Source: Felis catus
Lineage: Eukaryota
Assembly (NCBI RefSeq): GCF_018350175.1
Contig: NC_058368.1
Span: 143,966,001 to 144,030,000, forward strand
Direction: 5' to 3'
Length of the DNA: 64,000 nucleotides
The notes under the pieces are model-generated. The model searched no databases and was not told where the DNA came from. It was given only the letters and a program-made list of their open reading frames with translations. Position 1 is the first letter of the stretch; each line of letters starts with the position of its first letter. Both the position numbers and the translations under genes were made by a program. Below are positions 25,780-39,257 of this stretch, in pieces.

Positions 25780-26231
25780 TTTTAAGTAAGCTCTACACTC
25801 AACATGGGGCTTGAACTCACAACCTCAAGATCAAGAGCCACATGCTCTACCAACTGAGCCAGCCAGGTGCCATTTAAACATTATTATTTTAGGGGTGCCT
25901 GGGTGTCTCAGTCAGTTAAGCATCCGACTCTTGGTTTCGGCTTGGGTCATGATCTCACAGTTTGTGAGTTCGAGACCCACATTGGGCTGATCGTGTGGAG
26001 CCTGCTTGGAATTCTCTCCTTCCCTCTTTCTCTGACCCCCTACCCCCACCCCTGCTTGTTCTTTCTGTCTCTCTCTCAAAAATAAACTTAAGAAAAAAAA
26101 GATGATTTTTTTTTTTAGTTTTAAGAGAAAAGTATTGTTTAGTTGTCCTTAGACTTTTCCAGGGAAATATTTCCTTCGTTTGTATCTTTACTCTTTATCT
26201 TTATTTATTTATTTTTTTAATGTTTATTTTT

Positions 26232-26267
<36 letters not shown>

Positions 26268-26938
26268 AAGAGAGAGACAGTGTGAGCAGGGGGAGGGGAA
26301 GAGAGAGAGGGAGACACAGAATCTGAAGCAGGCTTCAGGCTCTGCTCTGTCAGCACAGAGCTCGACAGAGGGCTTGAACTGACAAACTGGGAGATCATGA
26401 CCTGAGCTAAAGTCGGGCTTAACTGACTGAGCCATCCAGGCACCCCAAAGTCAGTATTTTTATTATTATTATTTATTATTATTATTTTTTAATTTACATC
26501 TAAGTTAGTTAGCGTATAGTGCAACAGAGACTTCAGGGGTAGATTCCTTATCCATTTAGCCCATCCCCCTCCCACAATCCCTCCAGTAACCTTCTGTTCT
26601 CCATATTTAAGAGTCTTTTATGTTTTGTCCCCTGGCCTGTTTTTATATTATTTTGCTTCCTTTCCCTTGTGTTCATCTGTTCTGTGTCTTAAAGTCCTCA
26701 TAGGAGTGAAATTGTATGATATTTGTCTTTCTCCGACTGCTAAGTCAGTTTTTTTACAGGGATAATCCTCCAAGGAAGAAAAGAGAATGGCACCTTTCAG
26801 TAGTCACTGTATTCCCAATGTGTTGATATCACTTACAGTCATATTTATAGACTTTCCAGTAGTATTTTCTGAACATCAGCTTTATTGACGAAAATTATTT
26901 TATTTTTTTAATTAAAAAAATTTTTTTTTATTTTAGAG

Positions 26939-26993
<55 letters not shown>

Positions 26994-27110
26994 AGGGGCG
27001 AGGGGCAGAGGAAGTTTGAGAGAGAATCAGGGCTCAATCCCACAACCTGAGCTGAAATCTAGAGTGAGATGCTCAATTGACTGAACCACCCAGGTGCCCC
27101 AAAACTTATT
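25780..27110. mobile_element. CanSINEs (25891-26095 +; 26200-26446 -; 26897-27100 -) and a short L1 3' end (26462-26741 -)
   Basis: SINE motifs. The L1 3'UTR fragment has TSD aagtcagt(a/t)ttttt at 26448 and 26742. Confidence 0.85.
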
Positions 27111-27454
27111 TTTAAAAAGTGTATATTAGCACCTATTATTAGCACCTCTGACAGGCATATACTCAAATGTGCCCATAATCTTCTTTTTAATTAGGGTGCG
27201 TTTTCTGTTTACCTAGTACAATTGTTATTTATTAAAAGCAACGAATAGACAATATAATTTTCTTAGCTGACCTTCAGTGATTAGTTTTATTTTGGGCCTT
27301 GAAGTCTTCTGAGTTCATGTATTTATTACCAACATAGAAGTTTTACCTTATTATAAGGCTTTTTAAAATATGCCTTTATTTTGTTAAGCTGGGTTTGGCT
27401 CTTCCTTAGAGGTTTCCACTGAGAAGCTGTGTCTTGGAAGATAGAAACTTAGTG

Positions 27455-28880
27455 GAAAAACATTCAGTTTTCCTCCATCGACAAAGAGTTTAGCTGTAGA
27501 TTTTTGTAGATATTCTTTGTCAAGTAGGGAAATTTCCCTCTATTCCCAGGTTTCTGAGACTTCTTATCAGTAATAAGTGTTAAATTTTGTCAAATGCTTT
27601 ATGTATCAATTGATACGATCATGTGATCTTTTAAAAATTAGCCTAATTGCTCTTTCTCTCTCTTAAAAAAGGAGGGGAGGTGACTGGGTGCCTCGGTTGA
27701 ACATCCAACTCTTGGTTTCTGCTCAGGTCATCATCCCAGTGCCATGGGATTGAGCCATGTGTAGGGCTTCATGCTGAGCGTGGTGGCTGCTTAAGATTCT
27801 CTCTCCCTCTGCCCCTCTTTCCCACTCTGCCCTCTCTCTCTAAAATAAATAAACAAAATAAGTCCACTAATATGGAAGACTATGTATTAATTTTTTAATA
27901 TTAAACATATATTGCATCCCTGAAATAAACTCACTTGGTCATGGTATTATTATTATTTTTATATTGCTGAATTATATTTGCTAATATTTAAAAAAATTTT
28001 TTTAATGTTTATTTGTTTTTGAGAGAGAGACAGAGCAGGAGCAGGGAAGGGGCAAAGAGAAAGGGAAATGCAGAATACAAAGCAGGCTCCAGGCTCTGAG
28101 CCGTCAGCACAGAGCCGGATGAGGGGCTTGAACCCAGAAGCAGTGAGATCATGACCTGAGCCTAACTCAGACGTTTAACTGATTGAACCACCCATGTGCA
28201 CCTATGTTTGCTAATATTTTGATAAGAATTTTTGTGTCTATATTCACAAAGGATATTGGTCTATAGTTTTCCTTTTTGTACTTTTTTTTTTTTTAAGTAA
28301 GCTCTTTGCCCAGTGTGGGGCTTGAACTCATGACCCTTAGATCAAGAGTCCCGTGCTCCACGGAATGACCCAGCCAGATGCTCCTTTTCTGCACTGTCTT
28401 TGTTTCATTTCAGTATTACTGAAATATCTTTCTTTAATTACTGGCTTTGTAAAATGATTTGTGAAGTGTTCTTTTCTCTTTTAATTTTTGAGATTATGTA
28501 TAATTGATGTTAATTCTACTTTAAACATTTGGCAGAATTCTTCAGTGAAATTATTTGGGCCTGGAATTTTTCAGAGGCAGATTTTCAACTATGAATCAAT
28601 TTCCTTAATAGTTATAAAGGTATTCAAATGATCTATTTCATATTGGGTGAGTTGTGGTAGTTCATATTTTTTTTGAAGAAGTGATCCATTTCATCTAAAT
28701 TGCCAAATTTATATGTGTGGAGTTGTCAAAGAACCAGTTTTTTGTTTCATTGATTGTTTTTCTCTTCAATTTTATTGGCTTCAGCTTTCCATTATTTCCT
28801 TCCTTGTGCTGGCTTTGGCTTTATTCTTGCTCTTGTTTTTCTAGTTTTTGAGATGGGAGTTTATTGATTTGAGTCTTTTG
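27455..28880 (-). mobile_element. Old L1 ORF2 fragment with nested SINEs
   Basis: Antisense L1 text (gattttgtcaaatgctt…, tggcagaattcttcagtgaaattatttgggcctgga). Confidence 0.75.
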
Positions 28881-30107
28881 AAAATTCCTCGTAGTACCAA
28901 AATCATAACTGAAATGTATGATTGTCATACAGCAGTTGGTAAACTTTTCTCTTTGTTAAGTTTTGAAGGATATTATTTTTCAAAATGATTTTCTAATATT
29001 TGAGGGAATTTAGGAAAAATTAAATTATAATTGTATTATATTCCATATTCCACTTGAGATTATTATCCTGTCATCTAATTTCATCAGCATGGTTCAATAC
29101 AAATATCTGTATGGAAGGATCTTGTGAGTACAAGAATATAACAAAAATAAGCCTTATATGAAAGGTACAAGTCTTGTACTGCACTGAGGATAAAGCTGGG
29201 GAAACTTTTTAAGGTTTCATAATCTGGAAAACCACACAAAATAGGTATTTTGAGAAAAATAGAGATAGAGTCAAAATTCACATGATAAAAAAGAAGGGAA
29301 TGAGAATTGTAAATTAGAGGATTTTAAACAAAACCCATTTGTATATGGTACTTTGCTAGATAATTTAAGGCCTACTTTTTATTTTATAGGTAATACTTCT
29401 ATATCTATGCAAAATTCAAGAAGATTCAAGAAGAATGTATGGCATAATACTCTTCCTACTCCACCATTACACTAAACCCTGAAGTTAGAACGATGAATAA
29501 ACCATAGTCCCTAATTTCATAATCTCATAGCCCTATAAGTTCTATCCTCAGCCCTCAGGTTTACCCTTCCAGACAAAAATCTCAGGGACCTTGTCAATTA
29601 GCTCTTGTATCTTCATCCTCTTTTTTTTTTTTTTTTTTTTTTTTGCTGTTAGTTCCTATCCTTCCATCCATAAGCAAATTCCATAGCCTCTAATCTTAAA
29701 GCAAAACAGAATTACAGCTCCTCTGTCCTATCTCCCATTTTTGCTGGAGTCTAGAGAAAGCAATTAATATTCAGAATTTGAATTCCTCAGCTTTTTAATT
29801 TCTTTATAAACTAATATATACAAAGGCTTTAAAAAATGATTGCATAAATTTGAATGCTTACTCTGTGCCTAGTGCTATTCTTAGCGCTTTACATGTATTA
29901 TCTCAGTTTATCCTGACAACAATCTGTAAGGCAGACATTATTGTCTCCATTTTATAGATAAAGAAACCAATGTAGAAATGAGTTTATGAGGAAAATTAAT
30001 AGTTCTTCCTCACACTCCGTTTTGTTTTTTTTTTTTTAATTGACTTTCCCATGTGAAAAATGAAGATTTAACTTCATTATATTCCCCTTGAAGAAACTTA
30101 CATTGCT

Positions 30108-30418
30108 AGGGCACTTGGGTGGCTCAGCCTGTTGAGAGTCCAACTTAAGTTCAGGTCATGATCTTATTGTTCATAAGTTCAGGCCCTGCATCAGGCGCCC
30201 TGATGTCGGCAAGGAGCCTGCTTGGGATCCTGTGTTTCTCTCTGTGCCCCTTCTCATTTCTCTTTCTACCCCTCCTCCCATTCCCTGCCCTCTGCCTCTC
30301 TCTGCCCTTCCTTCTTCTCTCTGCTCCTCCCCATCTCTCTGCTCTTCCTGCACAGGCATGCACACCCCCCCACACACACACATACTCTCTCAAAAATAAA
30401 TAAAACATAAGAAAAAAA
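30108..30418 (+). mobile_element. CanSINE with an expanded pyrimidine-rich body
   Basis: SINE head, long CT-rich tract and A-tail; TSD aagaa(ac/g)tta(c/t)attgct. Confidence 0.85.
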
Positions 30419-31398
30419 GAAGTTATATTGCTGTTCTCAGTTCTTTTTCTGATCAACCCCTATAGCTGTAAGCATCACACATCTCTCTTTTGTTCCATTA
30501 GTTGTAAACAATAGTTCTTTGTGAGATGAGAACATCAGTTCACCCCACCTTACATGAAATCCTCATCTACTATTTTCCAGTGTCATCTCTCTTCCTTACA
30601 CTGGAATTCTTGTGGGTGTGACCTTCTTATACTTGAATCCATTGGCATTTTGCAATCATTTTCTTATTTCATCTCTATGTGGTGGTTTGACACTTTTGAC
30701 CCTGCTCCTTAAGCACTGGCTGTTCTTAATTCTCAGCTCTTCTTAGGTGATCTCATTGGTACATGTCTGCAGTAACCCACACACCCTCAATGTACTTCCC
30801 CCCCTAAAAACTGACTAAAGAATAGACAGATAGGACTGACAAATAGGGATGGATATGAAATCCCATATCTCATGGGCTGTCTATTCAGTGTGACTTGGTG
30901 AGAGAGTTAATGTGTGCAGCTGGAAGAGTGAGCAGAAGTAAAAAGGAGGAGTTGAAGATAAGACCTAAGGCTCCAACTTCATCACTCAGTTCCATTCACT
31001 GTGACAGGAAATGAAACAGGTGACATGATTTAGAAAGAAATACAGTAAGTCAACTTTTGGATATGGAATTTTTATTTCTTTATTGCTTCCCACAATGCAT
31101 AAACTACTGAAGACATATATTTGAAAACAAAATAATTTCATAAATGTGGAATAAATGGCTGGCTCAGCAGGTAGAGCATGTGGCTCTTCATCTCAGGGTT
31201 GTGAGTTCAAGCCCCATGTTGGGCGTGGGGCCTACTTAAAAAAAAATTTCCTAAAGAAAAAGAAACCTATTGCTTCTTCTGTGTGTCCACCCTTATAAGA
31301 GAAATATGTAGGCATATTAGTCAACAAATGTTTATTAAGTGTCTATTTTATACCAGGCCTTAGGTAAGGTATATGTTAAAACAATAGAGAAAGGTATC

Positions 31399-31849
31399 TT
31401 TTGGGAGACAATTCCATATGGACTTTTGTAGTCTTATGGCAACTTTTTGTGAATCACCTTTTCAAGGATATTTGTGACAAACAGCCTTAGAAGACTAAGG
31501 GCAGAGAGCAGATGTATTTGCTGTCCAGGATAATAAAGAATAGGGTAGATTTGCTATCAGCAACTCTTAAAGATTGGGATTTCCTAAATTCAGAGCTCCT
31601 CAACAGGGACACAAACCCACTGCATGCATAGCATCTATTGGGGCCCTTCTCTTTGTCACTCCCATGGGATCTTGGGGGACAAGAAAACAAATGCAAACCT
31701 GGAGCTCATATTGCCTATGCTATGAGTATTAAGCCCTTTTTTTCCTCTCCTAGGAGTCTCATATCTTCTGTCAGCACCTGTAAAATTGGCCGGTTAACTA
31801 GTTATCTTAGAAGTAGGGTAAAACCTCAGAACATTTATAGTTCTTGATA
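31399..31849 (+). mobile_element. Solo LTR, LTR47-like
   Basis: Starts …gggagacaattc…, contains ttttcaaggat(a)tttgt and aacccactgcatgca, and ends gtagggtaaaacctcaga…agttcttgata, as in the recalled LTR47 consensus. Confidence 0.65.
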
Positions 31850-33241
31850 ATGGCCAGCAGACAGTTGGATACATGATCTTGAGTTCCACAGGAGAGTTTG
31901 GGCTAAAGATTGCTTTGGGTGTCATCGGCACATAAGTGGTCATTAAACCATGGTAACAGATGCGATCATCTAGGCTCATGTTATCTGGAAAGGAGGACTT
32001 CATTCAGAGTTTGGAGGAACTCCAACATTCGAAAATCTTCTAAAAGAGCGGGAGTTCAAGGGAGACTTGAAGAAGCCTTCAGGTCAGTGTGGTGTCACAG
32101 AACCAAAGGGAGAGAGTGCTTCAAGGAGTAGGGAATGGACAAATGCATCCATGCTGACACCATACAAGCTGACAACTGAACATGTCCTTTGACCTTAGCA
32201 ATTTGGAAGTCACTGTGACTTAGCAAGAGCAGTAAGGGCAATTTAGTGGAGTAATTGGGTAGAATCCTAACTGGAGAGGGTTGTGGTGAAGAAATGGTGG
32301 CAATGAGGGAGAGCCAGCTGCTCTCTTCCACAGAAGAGGAAGAAAGAGAAATAGGGGTAAAGGAAAAGCCTTTGCTTTCAGCCTTATGGGCAGAGATTAT
32401 GCAAACAACACTGTCAATGCTCTTCAGGGATGACTGAAAATATTTTCTCTGCTTTCAGAAACTTGTTGGCATAAAGAAAGTCCTTTGGTTTGTGGATGAA
32501 TAGCTGCACAGACTGTTGAGCCCATATGTACCAAATCAAAAGAGTTACTCCTAAGCCAAGAGATCTTCTGATGCTTTTAGTGTCAAAGGTGGAAACAATA
32601 AGAAAAACTCAGAAAAAGGCTTAAAGGAGATATATGCCATCAAGAAAACCATAAAAACAAATAAAAAGCTAATAATGAAAGTCCAATTTTGGGGAAAAAA
32701 ATGTATGATAAAATTTATTGTCATCCAAATAACTAAAGCCCAGAGGGCCAGTTTAGGAGCTTAGGAGCTCAGGCACTCTTAACCTTAATATAGGACACCT
32801 ATAAAGAGATGATCATAAAGGAGAAAATGTTGTGGAGGAAATGAAGTCCCAAATGAGCCAAATCCCTTTGTGAACTGAGCACCCCCGCTGCAATCACCCT
32901 ATAAAGAGATTTTACAGAGAAGTAGCGACAGAAAGTTTCCCTTTCTTCCATTTAGTATATACTTTTCTTTAACTTGTTTATTATATATTTTTGTTCAATT
33001 TATATTGTAAGGATCTGAAAAGCCATATGTTTCTGTTCATATTTTTTCATTCAATGAAGGTATGGTAAAATCAATATTAAGATAAATTATACAATATGGA
33101 GGAAAAAATGCATCTTGTATCCTTTACAATCTATCCTTGAAAGAATAAATTAAAGTTTTACTGACTACCACATCCCAGGAACGAAAAATACTACTAGAGT
33201 TTATTGGAAGTGTTCTCTCTTTTTAAAGTTTATGTATTTTT

Positions 33242-33284
<43 letters not shown>

Positions 33285-33517
33285 TGGGGGGGAGGGACAG
33301 AGAGAGAGGGAGAGAGAATCCCAAGCAGAATTCTCTGCCCTGACAGTTTGGAGCCCAACATGGGACTTGATCCCATGAACCACAATATCATGACCTGAGC
33401 CCAAATCACGAGTCAGATGCTTAACGGACTGAGCCACCCAGGCATCCCAGTAATGCTCTTAAAGAGGGTAGTCTTCCTAGTTGATTCCAATCTTCTTTAT
33501 CGAGAGGTTAAAAACCT

Positions 33518-33896
33518 CATCGGGCTCTGGGCTGATAGCTCAGAGCCTGGAGCCTGCTTCCGATTCTGTGTCTCCCTCTCTCTCTGCCCCTCCCCCGTTC
33601 ATGCTCTGTCTCTCTCTGTCCCAAAAATAAATAAAAAACGTTGAAAAAAAATTAAAAAAAAAAAGGGGGGCGCCTGGGTGGCGCAGTCGGTTAAGCCTCC
33701 GACTTCAGCCAGGTCACGATCTCGCGGTCCGTGGATTCGAGCCCCACGTCGGGCTCTGGGCTGATGGCTCAGAGCCTGGAGCCTGTTTCCGATTCTGTGT
33801 CTCCCTCTCTCTCTGCCCCTCTCCCGTTCATGCTCTGTCTCTCTCTGTCCCAAAAATAAATAAAAAACGTTGAAAAAAAACTTAAAAAAAAAAAAC
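33518..33896 (+). mobile_element. Head-to-tail pair of young felid SINEs (5'-truncated 33518-33663 and full-length 33667-33896)
   Basis: Near-identical bodies and tails (cccaaaaataaataaaaaacgttgaaaaaaa); CpGs are intact. Confidence 0.9.
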
Positions 33897-33994
33897 ATAC
33901 TTAATGGGTACTTAATAGTAGTACAAAAAGTCACAGACCCTCATTTCCCTAGATTAAATTTAATCTGCTTTGCATTGATGGAGGGGAGCCAACC

Positions 33995-34303
33995 TCAGTT
34001 ATTTGAGGGCTCCTTCTTTCCCTCCATGGAATTTCACAAGAATTCTGGGTTCCTACGTCTCAGAAAACAGAGGTTGGGGCTGACACTTTGCCTCTGGCAG
34101 TTGCATCTTTGCCATCGCTTTGAAGACTTCACACTGCTCCTGCAGATCCTGGCTCCGGTTGCTGTCTTTTGGTCACAGAGGTTCCAAGGCAGCTTCAGGC
34201 ATGAGTTTTGTCTGATTCCTCCCGTACTGACTTCAGAACATGCCCGTGTTCTCTGGTTCTTTGCCATCAGATGGACTCTGTAGTATTTTGTTGCCTTCCA
34301 GGC
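33995..34303 (-). pseudogene. Pseudo-exon (GLEGNKILQSPSDGKEPENTGMF*SQYGRNQTKLMPEAALEPL*PKDSNRSQDLQEQCEVFKAMAKMQLPEAKCQPQPLFSET*…)
   Basis: Acceptor ttttaagcttctttcag|. The phase-1 start matches the phase-1 donor at 36489. GC-richer, coding-like composition within AT-rich flanks; 3' boundary uncertain. Confidence 0.5.
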
Positions 34304-36488
34304 CTGAAAGAAGCTTAAAAACTCTCTCAAAGTTTTGAGAAACATGATGGATCTTTGCAATTGTGAAGGTGAACAAACAATATGCTAACGCCTGTTGATT
34401 TTATTTTTATTTATTTATTTATTTATTTTTTAGTGAGCTCTACACCCATTGTGGGGCTTGAACTGACAACCTCAAGATTAAGAGTTGCACGCTCCACTGA
34501 CTGAGCCAGAGAGGCAGGCGTGCCATCCACTGGATTTTTTAAGATAACTCATCCAGGGACACCTCGCTGGCTCAGTTGTTAAGCATCTGACTCTTGATTT
34601 CAGCTCAGGTCATGATCTCATGGTTCCTGCACTGGGCTCTGTGCTGACAGCACAGAGTCTGCTTCTCATTCTCTCTCTCTTTCTCTCTGCCCCTCTCCAA
34701 CTCGCCCCCTCAAAATACATAAATAAATAAACATTTGGAAAAAAAAATAATCTGTCCAGGATAATTTGTGTAACTCAAAAATTAGTCATTTGTTTCACTC
34801 TTTTCTCTCACAAAATATCTTTTGAAGATAAAAATAACTGAGCAGTGCCTGGGAAAATCATGCAACTCTTGATATCGGGGTTGTGAATTAGAACCCACAT
34901 TGGGTGTAGAGATTACAAAAAAAAGAAGAAGAGAAAAAATATGATTTTCACTTGTCTTCCTGGTTCTAGTTAAGTGATGCCTGGCAAGAGAATTAGTTCA
35001 CCAACATTTGACTGTTCTTTCTGTAGATTTGTTCTAAGACTGGTAGAAACTGTGTCCTTTTGAGCCCTAGTGTGAGTTTCTTGGGACTCAGCTTTCAGGC
35101 ATTTAGTTTAGATACTCCATAAAATAGTACATATTTGCTTAATAGTGTATGTATTTATATATGTATTAAGTACAGTATATATGGGTGCCTGTGTGGCTCA
35201 GTCGGTTGAGTGTCTGACTTCAGCTCAGGTCGTGATCTCACAGTTTGGTTCATGAGTTTGAGTCCCGCGTCAGGCTTGGTGCTGCCTGCTTTGGATCCTA
35301 TATCCCCCCCTCTCTCTGTGCCCTTCCCCCTCTCCAAATAAAACATTAAAAAAGTATAGTATATTTATTAAATATGTGTATTTATATGTACAAATATATT
35401 TGAAGATACATCTGTATTTCATCCAACCTTAGATGAGAAAAAAATTTACATTTTTGAAAAAGTTTTTGTATGGAGCACTTTTGTTAGTGAATGGAAAAAA
35501 ATTAAAACCTGACAAATTTATAACTAGACTCAATTCAGATTTGAATTTTATTGACTTCATCATTTATTTATGGTAATTACAACTTTGAATTGGGATTATG
35601 GCAATGCGATGCTTTTTAATTATTATATGCATCAGGCATTTGGGCAAAAACTTGTGAAAATGCATAGATACTTTAAAGATGCAAAATTAGGTGAGACATC
35701 TAATACCCTGGAGAACTGAATTAGAATTCAGAGTGACCCTGAAAAATTGTACAAGTGGGTGGAAATTTATGTAAAATTTAGTTACCTGAAAAACTGTAAT
35801 AGGAATAATTTAATTTACGTAAAAAGGAAAAACATCCGTTAGAGAAAGATAATGAGGAAAAATGTTAGTTCATCATACCACTTGAAATACCTTATGGGTG
35901 CCTCACAGAACTTGCATACTGATGTAGAAGTAGTAGGTACTGAAAATCTCCTAGAAATATAGCTATCCCTCATTCCAGATTCTATGAACAAAAGCACAGC
36001 AATATATCCATGGTTCAAGGCAGTTATGGTTAATAATACAGTATATTTTTTCAGTCTTTTTATGATTTTTATGATTACATAGTGTAATCATACTATATAT
36101 TCAACTTTTGGTTACTTGTGTATGATTTGTATAATTTATGGATTATCTACAGAAAAAAAATTTAACACAGTTTAGCTTTTCTTTTCTTTTTTTTTTTTAG
36201 TGTGCATACATAGCTTTTCTTTTATAACAAGCCATGATCTTAGCCTGTAGCATTAATTAGTATTTGCCAAGAAATAGAAATAGTTTTAATATAAGGAAAG
36301 TAACTAGGCTACCAGAAATTAAAATGTACTTAGCAATAAAAACGTGAAATTACTCTTAAAATTATTCATTATTTCACTACTTCATGAGTACTTGCTATCT
36401 AAAAGGCACTGTGGTTGAGTCAGTGAGAATCAAAAAAATAAACAGTAGGTATTTTTGCCTTGGAGGAGTGATGGATTCAGTGACTTAC

Positions 36489-36890
36489 CATGTTGTGGCA
36501 ATTGTTTGGAATTAATGATTACTTTTCTTACCAACACACATAGGTTGAGAAATGACTTTAGGTTCTTTGGAAGAGATTTAGAAGAGTCTTCTTTGAAAGA
36601 AATTAAAATTTCTATTATTTCACGTGATGATTGAAATGAAATTTGTACATCAGATATAGTACTAAATCAAATATTAATGAAAAAGAATTCCTTGGTGTGA
36701 TTTGAGAAATAACGTTAAAAAAAATCATTCCAGGAAGGATCTCATATATTTCTAACTGAACATGTGAAGCACTTGAGGAATTCCTGCTAGCTCTAACGTA
36801 TTTGCTTCTCAAAACTATTGCTTCTCAAAACTATTCTTTGCTTCAATCATCAACAGCTTCATTATTTTGAATGATAATCAAGTCTTATTG
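36489..36890 (-). pseudogene. Large pseudo-exon; last 59 codons open (FSTISDVQISFQSSREIIEILISFKEDSSKSLPKNLKSFLNLCVLVRKVIINSKQLPQH)
   Basis: Perfect donor ATG|GTAAGT at 36488-36483. The upstream part has stops and a 16-bp tandem duplication (~36802-36835). The 5' boundary is uncertain. Confidence 0.55.
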
Positions 36891-39099
36891 ATGTAAAACT
36901 TTAAGAAGCTTGAATTACATAGTGGTATGTTTTTTCCAAATTTCCAAAGATTTTACCATGAATGCCATATTATTTGTGAACACACTGATTCTCATTCATA
37001 TGTAAATTGCATGGAGAAAATACCAGAAACATGTAACGTTGAATTATTTGTAGTTTCCTCTCATTTATTCTTTTTTTTTTTTAAAGATTTTATTTTATGT
37101 AATTTCCACACCCAATGTTGGGCTCAAACTCATTACCCTGAGATCAACAGTCATATGGTCTACCCATCAAGCCAGTCAGGCACCCCTTAGTATAATAAAC
37201 CTTTTTTTTTTTTTAAAGTAAGCTCTATACCCAGTGTGGGACTTGAATTCACCACCTCAAGATCAACAGTTGTATGCTCTACTGACTGAGCCAGTCAGGC
37301 ACCCCTATAATAAACATTTTTAAACAACGAATTCAATGACCTAAAAAATAAAATATAATCTGTAATTCTGTTTTTTAAAGTTTATTTATTTATTTGGTGG
37401 TGGGGAGGAGAGAGAAAGAGAGACAGAGAGAGAAAGAGAGAGAGAAAATCTTAACCAGGTTCCACACTGGGCGTGGGTCTCCATCTCACAATTCTGGGAT
37501 CATGACCTAAGCCAAAATCAAGAGTCAGATGCTCAAACGACGGAGCCACCCAGACACCCCTGAAATTCTTAATAATTTTGTGCAAAAGGCTCCACATTTT
37601 CATTTTGCACTGGGCTCTGCAAATTAGAGTCAGTCCTGTCAATTTGTATTAGCTTTATATACAACAAGGGATCAATCTTTGGCTATGTGTTAACAATTTG
37701 TTTTAAGGAAAACTAAACAAATTTCTCTTCAGCTTTTATTTTCTGTGAATAAAAATTCATGCTTCTTGTAAATTTTAAATATTATAGAATATATAGTATA
37801 GAAAGCAAATGTAACTTATGCTCCTATCTCTGGAGATAACCACTGTTACGTTTTGTGTATATTATATATATTTCTCTAGGTTTTAAATTACTTATAGCAA
37901 TAAAGGTGACAACTCTTCAGTTGGTTGTGAGCAGTTTCAGTGCAAGATAACCATTAGCCATCAAAGAATCGTCCGCCTGAAAATCAGTCATCTATCTTCC
38001 ACCACCTACAAAGAAAAACTTCCTCAAATCCCTCTTCCATCAAAATAGGAATCTTCCTCCTTTAATGATTAAAATGCACTTTCATTTCCTAGATATTATG
38101 TGCAGATTGCATTTATTTACTTTCAAACACTTTTTATTATTACTTATATCATCTATTGGTATATTTTCCTGTTTGTGAAAACTGTTGGGTGTCTTGAGAT
38201 GGGATAGACCATATCATCATTTTTCTCCATTAGAATGAATGGAAATATCTTTTCATTTAATGGCAGAATCTTCAGAAATTAAATGGAGTCATTAATTGAG
38301 GACTAATTATTTTGTTTGTATATTTTATAAAAATGAACAGTCCATTTTGTATCTTGCCCTTATCACAGACAATGTATCTTAGATTTCTTCCTATAGTAGT
38401 ATACGTAACTCTGAGAAAAGATTTGAAAGCAGAGTTTTGCATGTAATCTTGTTTAAGGCAAATAAGCTTTAAATATTATTTCTTATAAAATCTTCTTTTT
38501 AGTGTTAATTAATGTCCCGTTGTGCATGCCTTTCTTCTGAGCAATTTTCAATATGATCCTTGGCATCTGGGCTTACTGCATATATCTAATGACTTATGAC
38601 TGAAAGGATATGCACAGGTCGGTAGTGTATGACTTGTTTCTAATCCACTGTAGAATTCTCAAAGAACATGATAATTTTATATTTATGGATGGAAAGTTAT
38701 AGTGTGCTGACTCTGATGACTGTGTATTTGATGTTTTATTTCAAATCATAAGGCTAGGTGCCCAAATCATTCTCAAGGTCCCTATCTGTAGTTAAGCAAA
38801 AGAAGCTATAATTCATATTTAAAGCTACATACTTCCTCTTTTAGTGTTCTGGCTCCGCAGTTCATTTCTATTCTTAGGATACGTTCAACAGGCAGGTCTT
38901 AGTGTGCTAAAACCACATAGCAAAGCTGTTTTGTTTCATGGCCCAGGAATTCTGGTTCATTTCCTTGCCTCCTCTGCTTGCTAGTCTTAAGAACAATCTC
39001 TACCTCTGACTCACTTAATAACTCATCATGACCACAAATATGTAAAGAATAATCTTAAAATATTTCATGTCACTGGGGAAATCATTTGCCTAGTCAAGA

Positions 39100-39218
39100 C
39101 TTAATTTTTTTTAATGTTTATTTTGGGAGAGAGAGCGAGAGAGAGAGAGCAAGAGCGGGGGGTGGGGGGAAGAGAGAGAAGCAGAGAGAGAATACCACTC
39201 ACTCTTACATGCACTCTT

Positions 39219-39257
<39 letters not shown>

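Noticed and set aside
33870..34360. Tracked ORFs 33870-34283 (+) and 34034-34360 (-) as intact genes
   Set aside because: They have non-ATG starts, and one begins in a SINE tail. They are better explained as by-products of a decayed exon in another frame, although the true frame is not proven.
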